From an uncultured bacterium (GTDB taxonomy: Bacteria; Chloroflexota; UBA5177; JANWHV01): a stretch of DNA of 64,000 bases. Each line of letters opens with the position of its first letter. Within the stretch, counting starts at the first letter, position 1. This document shows positions 39,375-47,707 of this stretch, piece after piece. The DNA lies in assembly GCA_963827235.1 (NCBI GenBank), contig CAWHAE010000009.1:64001-128000 (forward strand), written 5' to 3'. The position numbers and the translations under genes are program-made. The notes beneath the pieces were generated by a model. It was not told the DNA's origin. It did not search any database and saw nothing but the letters and a program-made list of their open reading frames with translations.

Positions 39375-39503
39375 GCTTCCATTGTACCCGAAACCGTGCG
39401 AGCAGTAAGCACGGCGCAATCCATTGCACTGCGTAATGGAAAGTGCTATCCTTCAGGCAGTGCAGGCGATGCTCCTGCACGGGTACTCGAAAAGGAGATA
39501 ATC

Positions 39504-40385
39504 ATGTCCATCCTCGTCACCGGTGCCGGCGGGCACCTCGGCCGCCAGGCGGTAGCGCACGTGCTCGAACGCGTGCCGGCCGGCCGGGTAGCGGTAGCCG
39601 TGCGCGCTCCCGAGAAGGTCGCCGACCTGCGGGCCAGGGGCGTGGAAGTCCGTCAGGCCGACTACGACAAGCCGGAGACCATGGCAGCGGCCTTTGCCCA
39701 CGTCGACACGCTGCTGCTCATCTCGACCAATGGACCGGACGATCTGCGCGTCGTCCAGCACCGGGCAGCGGTGGCAGCCGCGCAGTCCGCGGCGGTCAAG
39801 CACCTCATCTACACCTCTGCCACGGACGCCGATACCAGCAAGCTCGGCGTGGGGCGCGTGCACAGGGAGACCGAGCAAGCGATCAAGGCCTCGGGCCTGA
39901 CCTACACCTTCCTGCGCAACGCCATGTACACCGACAACTGGACGGCCGCCGCGCCGCAGTATGCGTCTTCCGGCATCGTGGCCGCCAACACCGGCGACGG
40001 GCGCATCGCCACGGCAACGCGATCAGACCTGGCGCTGGCGGCAGCGGTCGTCGCCACCACGAGCGGGCACGAGAACAGGACCTACGAGCTTACCGGTCAC
40101 GAGCTCTGGAGCTTCGCGGACCTGGCCGCCGAGGTGGCGCGCCAGACCGGCAGGCCGGTCCGCTACAACGCCATCGGCGACGACGAGCAGCGCGCGTTCT
40201 TCGCCGGCATCGGACTGCCCGGCTTCCTGATCGAGACGCTGGTGGACATCCAGGCCGGTATCGCCAGGGGAGAGCTCACCACGCGCACCGGCGACCTGGC
40301 ACGGCTGATCGGCCGACCCGCCCAAACCCTGGCGGACTCCGTCGCCGAAGCGCTGCTCGCCGCCGGCCAGTTGGCCCAAGCGTAG
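39504..40385 (+). CDS. NmrA-like/SDR NAD(P)H-binding oxidoreductase (QorB/YtfG-like)
   Basis: ILVTGAGGHLG, ADYD, HRETEQAI..SGL.YTFLRN, YELTG; AAGGAG RBS; divergent from hxlR. Confidence 0.88.
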   Translation: MSILVTGAGGHLGRQAVAHVLERVPAGRVAVAVRAPEKVADLRARGVEVRQADYDKPETMAAAFAHVDTLLLISTNGPDDLRVVQHRAAVAAAQSAAVKHLIYTSATDADTSKLGVGRVHRETEQAIKASGLTYTFLRNAMYTDNWTAAAPQYASSGIVAANTGDGRIATATRSDLALAAAVVATTSGHENRTYELTGHELWSFADLAAEVARQTGRPVRYNAIGDDEQRAFFAGIGLPGFLIETLVDIQAGIARGELTTRTGDLARLIGRPAQTLADSVAEALLAAGQLAQA

Positions 40386-40719
40386 CACCTCACTGGGCCG
40401 AGCAGGGCACAGTGCACCGGGCCGCCCGAACGATGCGGCCCGGCGCACTGCGCCTCCTGCCGGATAAGCGGCGCGGCGATTGGCCGCGTCCCCCAGATGA
40501 ATGGGCTCACATGGTCTCGCTCTCGAGCTCTCGCGCGGCTCCGTGGCAGGCTCAGGGCCGAGACGGCCCCGCGGCGCGGGCGCCAATACTGGACTCATCC
40601 GCCCTCTCGCCGATGCCGCCGCACGGCTCGCGGCTGCCGGCGAGGTGCCTTGCATCCGGCCGCAACTCGAGGTCCTGTACCCCCCACACCACGCAGCTGG
40701 GAGGACGCCGCCAGCTGGA

Positions 40720-40950
40720 CTACGTGGTCATGAAAGCGATCACGGCAAGTGTGTTTTGTAGCGCGTGCAGGATCATGCAGCAGTACACCGACCGCGTCCG
40801 CTCCAGGACGAGCGCCTGCACCACGCCCAGAAAGAACAGCTCCGGGAAGATCACGGGAATGCAGTGCACCGCGGCGCAAGTGTCCCGCCGAATCCGCCCC
40901 AAGCGTAGCAGGTCTCCTGGGAAGCGCAATAGTCGTTCTGGGTGAAAGCC
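40720..40950 (-). pseudogene. C-terminal remnant of a CPBP (CAAX/Abi) intramembrane metalloprotease
   Basis: AAVH...P.LFFLG..ALVLERTRS..C.ILHALQN motifs; N-terminus absent. Confidence 0.6.
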
Positions 40951-41179
40951 CAATCTGCCTCCTGTCGTGGGCATCCAGATGCGCATCTGCTTCCGTTCGG
41001 TGTATAGTAGGGTCCGTATGTAGCAGATCGGCGGTGAGCCGGCGCCGCGTGCCCGGGCGGGAAGGCTGGACGGGTACGTTCGGTCGCTGCCCGGCGCCGC
41101 GGTTCCGCCAACCGGCAGCGCTGCATGCCCGTGCCCCGTTCCGCGCATCCGTGCCGGTTGGCGGCAGAAGGCTGGCCCG

Positions 41180-41644
41180 ACGACGACACAGCAGAACAGA
41201 CCGGCGGCGTTCAAGAGCTTCGCCGATCTGCGGAGACAGCTCGAGGCTGAGCCCGATGACCTCGAGCCATTCATCGCCGCGGATCTGCCGTTTGGCGCGT
41301 TCTACTGGGTCCCGGACGAGGAGTCGTGCTTCGGCTATCGCGACAACCACCCCTGGGTGATCGTCATTCCCTACCAGGCCGGCCGCATGACCGTTTCGGC
41401 CTCCCCGCGCACGTCCTGCCGTTCCGAAGCGCGCGACCGCTCCGAGCTCGCCACTCCCGGCGGGCTCGTGGTGGGCCTCGACCGTGACGGCGTCATCGTC
41501 CTGGACAGGCGCCAGCCCTTCCCTGCCCTGAGCTTCCGACGCTACCACTACATCGGTCGCCTGCCCGAGGCATGGCAGCGCCGGCTGCGGGAGGCGCTTC
41601 TGGCCGAGGGACATCGCATCGCCCGCGAGAGCGAGGCATCCTGA
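41180..41644 (+). CDS. Hypothetical protein with MazF/PemK-like pattern; probable ACG start
   Basis: Frame open 41024-41644; FGAFYWVPD..HPWVIV..ASPRTS..GLDRDG.IVL..YIGRLP; AGAAGG 8 nt before ACG; TGATG overlap with the next gene. Confidence 0.6.
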   Translation, partial: TTTQQNRPAAFKSFADLRRQLEAEPDDLEPFIAADLPFGAFYWVPDEESCFGYRDNHPWVIVIPYQAGRMTVSASPRTSCRSEARDRSELATPGGLVVGLDRDGVIVLDRRQPFPALSFRRYHYIGRLPEAWQRRLREALLAEGHRIARESEAS

Positions 41645-42645
41645 TGGACCTTCAGGCTCTGCTCGAGGAGTACTCCTCCTCGGGTTTCGGCGACCTGCTC
41701 TACCGCGAAGCGCTGCTCACGGTGCACGCCGTCGTGCGCGGACACCGCTACCCCACCGGCTATTCGCCGACCGGAATCTGGGACGACGATGCTTTCGGCG
41801 CCCTCGCCCACGACTGGGTGATGAACAAGCTCATTCGTCGCGGACAGCTCGACCACCTGCTGCTCACCAATCAGACGCTGCGCGGCTTCCGCAAGGGACT
41901 CGAGCTCTCGTTCGTGGACTTCCTGATCGGGCAGCGCAAGCGCACCGCACTCGATAATCTCTTCGACCGCGCCGCGGCCATCCTCGAGACCGATCGCCGG
42001 TTCCACCTCTTTCTCGACAGCCGGAAGCGGGCGTCGCGCTTCTGGGGCCTCGCCGCGTGGTCGTCGCCCCGTCCCTACCAGGGCTCGGACGACGACCTGA
42101 TCGCCGCCGGGCTCCGGCAGCAGGGCGTGCGGCTCATCCACTACCGCGGCGATGCCCGTAAGCACAGCCCGGTGCTCGGCGACCATGATCTCGGCGATCT
42201 GCTGGCCTCCCTGCTCGACGATCTCGGCCGCCTGCTCAGCCTCGCCCACTTCACCACCATCTTCGCCTACCGCTTCGATCTGCTCGATGCGGCGGTGCTC
42301 AGCACGGAGCAGCCCGCGCCCGGCGGATTCTCGCCCGGCACGCTGACCCTCGGCGACACACTGCGCTCCGATGCACCGGCCGTGGATGCCCGGCTGCTCG
42401 TGGACGAAGCGGCATCGACCGTGTTGCCGGCGCTCTCGGACCGGCAGCGCCGCGCCCTGCTGGCCTACGCCCGGCCGGATGCCACGCTCACCTCCGTCGC
42501 CGTGCTGCTCGGCTGTTCGAAGAGCACCGTCGACAACGAGCTGCGCCGCGCCCTGGCGTCGATTCGCCGGCAGGCCGCGGACGCCGACGAGGCTGAGCGT
42601 ATCTATGCTCGCCTGCTCGAGCACCTTGCCTCCGCTATCATCTGA
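41644..42645 (+). CDS. Divergent sigma70/ECF-like protein with C-terminal region-4 HTH
   Basis: LSDRQRRALL..TLTSVAVLLGCSKSTVDNELRRAL; VLSTEQP...TLGDTL linker; followed by a zf-HC2 protein. Confidence 0.6.
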   Translation: MDLQALLEEYSSSGFGDLLYREALLTVHAVVRGHRYPTGYSPTGIWDDDAFGALAHDWVMNKLIRRGQLDHLLLTNQTLRGFRKGLELSFVDFLIGQRKRTALDNLFDRAAAILETDRRFHLFLDSRKRASRFWGLAAWSSPRPYQGSDDDLIAAGLRQQGVRLIHYRGDARKHSPVLGDHDLGDLLASLLDDLGRLLSLAHFTTIFAYRFDLLDAAVLSTEQPAPGGFSPGTLTLGDTLRSDAPAVDARLLVDEAASTVLPALSDRQRRALLAYARPDATLTSVAVLLGCSKSTVDNELRRALASIRRQAADADEAERIYARLLEHLASAII

Positions 42646-42722
42646 GCCATGGCGCCGCCGGTTGGAAATCGTGGGCGAAGCGCTGTTTGAGTCTCGTGCG
42701 GTGATCGCGGAAGGGAGGCGTC

Positions 42723-43880
42723 ATGGCGATGCAGCAACCGCCTGAAAGCACCTGTCCCGCCGCCGGCGATCTCGCCCTCTACCTGGCGAGCCGGCTTCCG
42801 GAGGCAGACCGGATGGCCGTTGCCGCCCACCTCGAACGATGCACGCGCTGCCCCGAGATCGTCCGCAACCTGCAGGAGGCGGACACGGCAAACGGGATGA
42901 TTGGCGTTGCCGCGCAATCGTCGCCCGCCAGGCTGCGCGAGGCGCGGGCAGCCGGCGAGCAGCCGGCGCGACGGTTCCGCGAGTTGCTGAGCCGGCCCCG
43001 GCCCGACCATCTGCGGTTTGGCCAGTGCTGGACGGTGGCGGCACCGGGCAACCCACCCGACGACGAGTGCGCCGCCGAGGCGCGCATCGTCGTGCTGCTG
43101 GCCGGCGACCCGGCGGCCGCCGTCGCCACGGCGCCCATCTCGCTCGCGCTTCCCTATTGCTCGCCGGACGATCTGCTCGTGCGCGCGGACGAAGGACCGC
43201 TTGGCTACGCGTTCATGATCGAGGCCTGGAATACCGTGACCGTGCTGCGCGATCAGCTCGCACGCTACGCCGGCACGCTCCAGCAGCCGGTGAAGCGCTT
43301 CCTGGGACTGCTCTGCCAATCCCAGCTTGGCCTGCCCGTCGACCTCTCGGAGCTCGAGACGCGCCGTGGCCCGGCGATACTCGAGAGCAGCGATCCTCGC
43401 CTCCGGTTCCAGGAGCAGGAGATCCTCGCCTGCGCGCATCTGCGCCGGCCCGCGCTGCGCGCGCTCGAAGCGCCGGTCGCCGCTCCGGCGGCGCCGGAAG
43501 CGCATCCGTTTGCCGGCATCGTGGCCGAGGGCAAAGCGCGCGGCCTCACGCTGCACCAGATCGCCGAACGGCTCGGCCTCACGCCCGCGCTGGTGCGCAG
43601 GCTCGACCTGCGGGCCTTCCGCTTCGGCCCGCGCGAGCGGCCCGTGGCGGCGGCGATCGGCAGCCTTCTCGGCTGGGATCTCGCGGCACTGGCGCACTAC
43701 CTGCAGCAGCGGCCCGCTCTGGCACCCAACGCCAGCTTTCGCGCCGATCGGGCCCCCGAGACTCAGGAGCAGCAGGACTTCTTCGAGGCCGTGCGCGCGG
43801 ACCCGCGATTGACCGATGAGCAGCGAAGCCGCTGGTTGCGCCTGATGGACCCCGGCGAGCAGGAAGTCCCTCCCACGTGA
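42723..43880 (+). CDS. Multidomain protein: zf-HC2 anti-sigma + MazF/PemK-like + XRE-like HTH
   Basis: HLERCTRC; GQCWTV..RIVVLL..APIS..DQLARYAGTL; RGLTLHQIAERLGLTPALV; GGGAGG RBS. Confidence 0.65.
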   Translation: MAMQQPPESTCPAAGDLALYLASRLPEADRMAVAAHLERCTRCPEIVRNLQEADTANGMIGVAAQSSPARLREARAAGEQPARRFRELLSRPRPDHLRFGQCWTVAAPGNPPDDECAAEARIVVLLAGDPAAAVATAPISLALPYCSPDDLLVRADEGPLGYAFMIEAWNTVTVLRDQLARYAGTLQQPVKRFLGLLCQSQLGLPVDLSELETRRGPAILESSDPRLRFQEQEILACAHLRRPALRALEAPVAAPAAPEAHPFAGIVAEGKARGLTLHQIAERLGLTPALVRRLDLRAFRFGPRERPVAAAIGSLLGWDLAALAHYLQQRPALAPNASFRADRAPETQEQQDFFEAVRADPRLTDEQRSRWLRLMDPGEQEVPPT

Positions 43881-46800
43881 GCCACTGGGATGCGATCCGC
43901 GCCCAGGCGCGCGCGCACCACGACACGCTGATCGCGCGGGCGGAAGGCAATCCCGCCGCGGAGGCGCTGCTGGCGGCTGCCGAGGCGGTGAGCGGCATCG
44001 CCAGGGAGCCCGTTCCGCCCGGCGATGCATTGCTGGCCGGCGGCGCAGCAGTGCTCGACCGTGAAGCCGGCACGATCTGGTTCGACAACGGTGTCGAGCC
44101 GTGGCAGGCCCTCCTCACCCAGGCACACGAATACGGGCACTTCTGGCTGGGTGACGATCACGGCGCCTGCAGCGCGACCGACGTCGACGCCGGCCTGGCG
44201 GACGATGACCTGGTCTCCGGCGCCGCGCGCGTGGAAGGGTACGGCCCGCGCGAGCGCCGGGAGCGCGAAGCCAACGTGTTTGCCCTGGAGCTGCTGCTGC
44301 CCACCGGCCTGCTGCGCCGCTGGTACCTTGGCGAAGGGCTGGATGCGCCGGCAATGGCCGCGCGCACCGGCCTGCCCGAATGGCTGATCGCGCCGCAGCT
44401 CAGCCGCGCCGTTCTCGTCTCGCTACCCGCCGGCGGCCCACGGCCCGAGGAGCCGGAGGGCGCCGCCATGGACCCGCTTGCCCTCGACCCGAGCCAGGCG
44501 TCCGCCGCCTTCGCCCCGCGCGGTCCGCTCCTGCTCGAAGCCGGGCCCGGCACGGGCAAGACACGCACGCTGGTCGGCCGCCTCGCCCACCTGCTCCGGC
44601 AGGGCGTGCCCCCGGCCGCCATCCTGGCCCTCACCTTCTCCAACAAGGCGGCGGAGGAGATGCGGCAGCGAGTGGCACGGGCCGCTCCCGGGGCGGCGCT
44701 CGGCATCTGGATGGGCACCTTCCACGCCTTCGGCCTCGACCTGCTGCGCAAGTACGGTACGCGCATCGGATTGCCGGCCGATCCCGTCGTGCTCGACCAG
44801 ATCGACGCCCTCTTCCTGCTGGAGGATGCCCTGCCGGATCTGGATCTCGCGCACTACCAGAACCTCTACGAGCCCACCATGTACCTGCGCGACATCCTGG
44901 GCGCCATCTCGCGCGCCAAGGACGAGCTGATCGGGCCGGACGAGTACCGGGCCCTCGCCGATCGCATGCGGGAGTCCGCCGGCGACGACGGTGAGGTGGA
45001 AGCGGCCGAGAAGGCGCTGGAGGTGGCCCATGTCTACGCCGTCTACCAGGCGCGCCTCGAGCAGGACGGCCTGCTGGACTTCGGCGACCTCATCTTCCGC
45101 CCCGTCACGCTGCTGCGCTCGCACGCGGATATCCGCGCGCCGGTTCAGGCCACCTACCGGCATGTCCTGGTCGACGAGTACCAGGACGTCAACCGCGACG
45201 GCGGGCTCTTCCTGCGCGAGATCGCCGGGGACGGCGCCGGACTGTGGGCGGTGGGCGACGTTCGGCAGGCCATCTACCGCTTCCGTGGCGCCGCGCCGGC
45301 CAACATGCGGCTGTTCCGGGGCGACTTTCCCGGTGCCCGGGTCTGCTCGTTGCGCCGCAACTACCGCTCGCAGCCCGCCGTCGTCCAGGTCGTCGCCGGC
45401 CTGGCGCCCCGCATGCTGGCCACGGCCGGCGAAGCATTCGCCCCATGGGAGACCGATCGCCACGCCGCCGGCGGCAGCGTCCGTTTCGAGCTGGCGGTGG
45501 ACGAGGAGGCCGAGGGTGCCGGGCTGGCAGCGGATCTACGGCGCAACCGGGAAGCCGGCGTCCCCTACCGCGATCAGGCCGTGCTGTGCCGCTCCCATAC
45601 CGGGCTGGAGCGCATCGCCGCGATCCTGGAACGGGCCGGCATTCCCGTGCTCTACCTCGGCAATCTCCTCGAGCGCGAGGAGATCCGCGACCTGCTGGCC
45701 CTCCTGTCCCTCGCCTGCGAGGGCAACGGCTCCGGCTTGGTCCGCGTGGCCCGCTTGCCCGAATACGGCATCCCGCTCTCCGACGTCCGCGCCCTCCTGG
45801 CCGCGGCGCGCGAGCAGCAGATCCCCTTCCCCCGCGCGCTCGAGCTGGCCGGGGAAGCGCCGCTCCTCCCTGCCTCGGGGCATGCCGAGCACCTGCCGGT
45901 GGCCGGCGCTGCAGACCGGGCAGACGGGGCGACCATCGCCCAAACGCCGGACCGGGCAGAACACGTGCACCGTCCCCATCCGCACGACCCGGCGGAGCAG
46001 GCGAGCCCGCCCGGCGCTGCCGATGTGCCCCGCCACCCGCCCGCCCTCTCGGCGCAGGGCAGGCGGGGACTCTCACTGCTGGCCCGGCACCTGGACGGCA
46101 TAGCCTATGGCAGCTCGCCGGCCGGCTTCCTCCACGCCTACCTCTTCACGCGCGGCGCCTACCTGCGGCCGCTGCTGGCTGATACGTCGGTGGTGGGCGA
46201 CCAGAAGCGCATGGCCCTCTACCAGTTTCTCCAGTTCGCCCAGGCGTGGCAGCCCCGGGAGCGCGACGCGCACCGTGAGCCGAGGCAGGCCTTCCTGCGC
46301 TACGTGCGCCGGCTGCGAGCGTTCGGCGAAGATCGCGCCCTGCGCCAGCTGCCGGACTGGGCGGAGTCGCTCGACGCCGTCCGCCTGCTCACCGTGCACG
46401 CCTCCAAAGGCCTGGAGTTCTCCGCCGTCTACCTGCCGCGCCTGGGGCAGGGCATGTTCCCGGCCAGGGGGCAATCCCGGGCCTGCCCGCCGCCCAGGGG
46501 CATGCTGGCGGCGGAGCGTGACGAAGACGCCGAGGAGGAGGAGTGCCTGTTCTTCGTCGCCCTCTCCCGGGCGCGCGATACCCTCTGCCTGTCCCGCGCG
46601 CAGCGCTACGGCAAGCGGAACAGCAACGCCTCGCCCCTGCTCGCGCACCTCGCCGGCCTACTGCCCGCTCCTCCAACGCCGACCTGGACCGCGGCCTCCC
46701 TCGCCGCCCCGGGCGCTCCACCAACCTCCGATGCCGGGTCTGCGTCGAAGACCGCGTCCGCGCCGGACACTCCGCCCTCGCTGGATTCCCTGTCCGCCTC

Positions 46801-47707
46801 TTATGCCGCGCCGGCGCTGGACCCCGTGCCTTCGAGCGCTATCGCGCCGGCGACAGATGCTCCTCCGGCCGCCAACACCGCGGCCGTGCTGGATGTGACG
46901 TCTGCGCTGGATGCCCCGCGGTTCACCGCGGGGTCTCTCACGGCGCGCCAAGCGCGGACTTCAGTCCGCCCCCCTGCCGGCGCCCACCCGACCCTCCGTG
47001 CGGAGGTGCTCGAGGTATACCTCGACTGTCCCCGCCGGTTCTACTACGAATACCTGCTCGGACTGGGCGGGCACCGCGATGACACCGCCTACGTCCAGTT
47101 CCATCGCTGCGTCTACGGCGTGTTGCGCTGGCTCCAGGAGCAGCGCGCCGCCGGCCAGGAGGTCGACCTGCCTGCTGCACGGGAACGGCTCACCGCGTTG
47201 TGGCAGGCGCACGGTCCGGTGGACCATCCCTACGAGGCCATCTACCGGCGCGATGCCGAGAAAATGGTGGCGCGTGCCGTCAACCGCCGGGTACAGGGAT
47301 TTGGCCGTCCGGTGCGGCAGGACATGACGGTGCGCCTGGAGCACGGCTCCGTCTCGCTGCGGCCCGACCACGTCGAGGTGAGCGACGACGGCGCCGGCCG
47401 CTCGGTTCTCGTGCAGCGGCTGCGCACGGGCCGCGTGAGCAAGAGCGAAGCCGACAAGGACATATACGCCCTCTACCAGCAGGCCGGCGCCGAGGCCTTT
47501 CCAGAGGCGAGCGTCACCGTGCAGACCCTGTACCTGGCCACCGGCGAGACCCAGGACATCCGGATCCACGAACGGAGCATCTCGACGCGACTCGCCCACT
47601 ACGATCAGGCGTTTCTCGGTATCACGGACGGCGACTACCACGCGCGCCCCGACGACCGCCGCTGCCCGCGCTGCCCGCACTACTTTGTTTGCCCGAGTGG
47701 ATCGTGA
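43877..47707 (+). CDS. ImmA/IrrE metallopeptidase - UvrD/PcrA helicase - PD-(D/E)XK-like Fe-S domain fusion
   Basis: HEYGH and EREANVFALELLLP; AGPGTGKT, LTFSNKAA, DEYQD, GDVRQAIYRFRGA, NYRS, TVHASKGLEF, EEECLFFVALSRA; CPRRFYY..RPD..CPRCPHYFVCP. Confidence 0.9.
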   Translation: MSHWDAIRAQARAHHDTLIARAEGNPAAEALLAAAEAVSGIAREPVPPGDALLAGGAAVLDREAGTIWFDNGVEPWQALLTQAHEYGHFWLGDDHGACSATDVDAGLADDDLVSGAARVEGYGPRERREREANVFALELLLPTGLLRRWYLGEGLDAPAMAARTGLPEWLIAPQLSRAVLVSLPAGGPRPEEPEGAAMDPLALDPSQASAAFAPRGPLLLEAGPGTGKTRTLVGRLAHLLRQGVPPAAILALTFSNKAAEEMRQRVARAAPGAALGIWMGTFHAFGLDLLRKYGTRIGLPADPVVLDQIDALFLLEDALPDLDLAHYQNLYEPTMYLRDILGAISRAKDELIGPDEYRALADRMRESAGDDGEVEAAEKALEVAHVYAVYQARLEQDGLLDFGDLIFRPVTLLRSHADIRAPVQATYRHVLVDEYQDVNRDGGLFLREIAGDGAGLWAVGDVRQAIYRFRGAAPANMRLFRGDFPGARVCSLRRNYRSQPAVVQVVAGLAPRMLATAGEAFAPWETDRHAAGGSVRFELAVDEEAEGAGLAADLRRNREAGVPYRDQAVLCRSHTGLERIAAILERAGIPVLYLGNLLEREEIRDLLALLSLACEGNGSGLVRVARLPEYGIPLSDVRALLAAAREQQIPFPRALELAGEAPLLPASGHAEHLPVAGAADRADGATIAQTPDRAEHVHRPHPHDPAEQASPPGAADVPRHPPALSAQGRRGLSLLARHLDGIAYGSSPAGFLHAYLFTRGAYLRPLLADTSVVGDQKRMALYQFLQFAQAWQPRERDAHREPRQAFLRYVRRLRAFGEDRALRQLPDWAESLDAVRLLTVHASKGLEFSAVYLPRLGQGMFPARGQSRACPPPRGMLAAERDEDAEEEECLFFVALSRARDTLCLSRAQRYGKRNSNASPLLAHLAGLLPAPPTPTWTAASLAAPGAPPTSDAGSASKTASAPDTPPSLDSLSASYAAPALDPVPSSAIAPATDAPPAANTAAVLDVTSALDAPRFTAGSLTARQARTSVRPPAGAHPTLRAEVLEVYLDCPRRFYYEYLLGLGGHRDDTAYVQFHRCVYGVLRWLQEQRAAGQEVDLPAARERLTALWQAHGPVDHPYEAIYRRDAEKMVARAVNRRVQGFGRPVRQDMTVRLEHGSVSLRPDHVEVSDDGAGRSVLVQRLRTGRVSKSEADKDIYALYQQAGAEAFPEASVTVQTLYLATGETQDIRIHERSISTRLAHYDQAFLGITDGDYHARPDDRRCPRCPHYFVCPSGS

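Noticed and set aside
43877-47707. Housekeeping PcrA/UvrD, AddAB/AdnAB or Gabija GajB
   Set aside because: N-terminal HExxH peptidase fusion, degenerate nuclease motif, and no partner AddB/AdnA or OLD-family gene
46990-47707. Stand-alone Cas4
   Set aside because: It is the C-terminal domain of the helicase ORF and no CRISPR-Cas context exists
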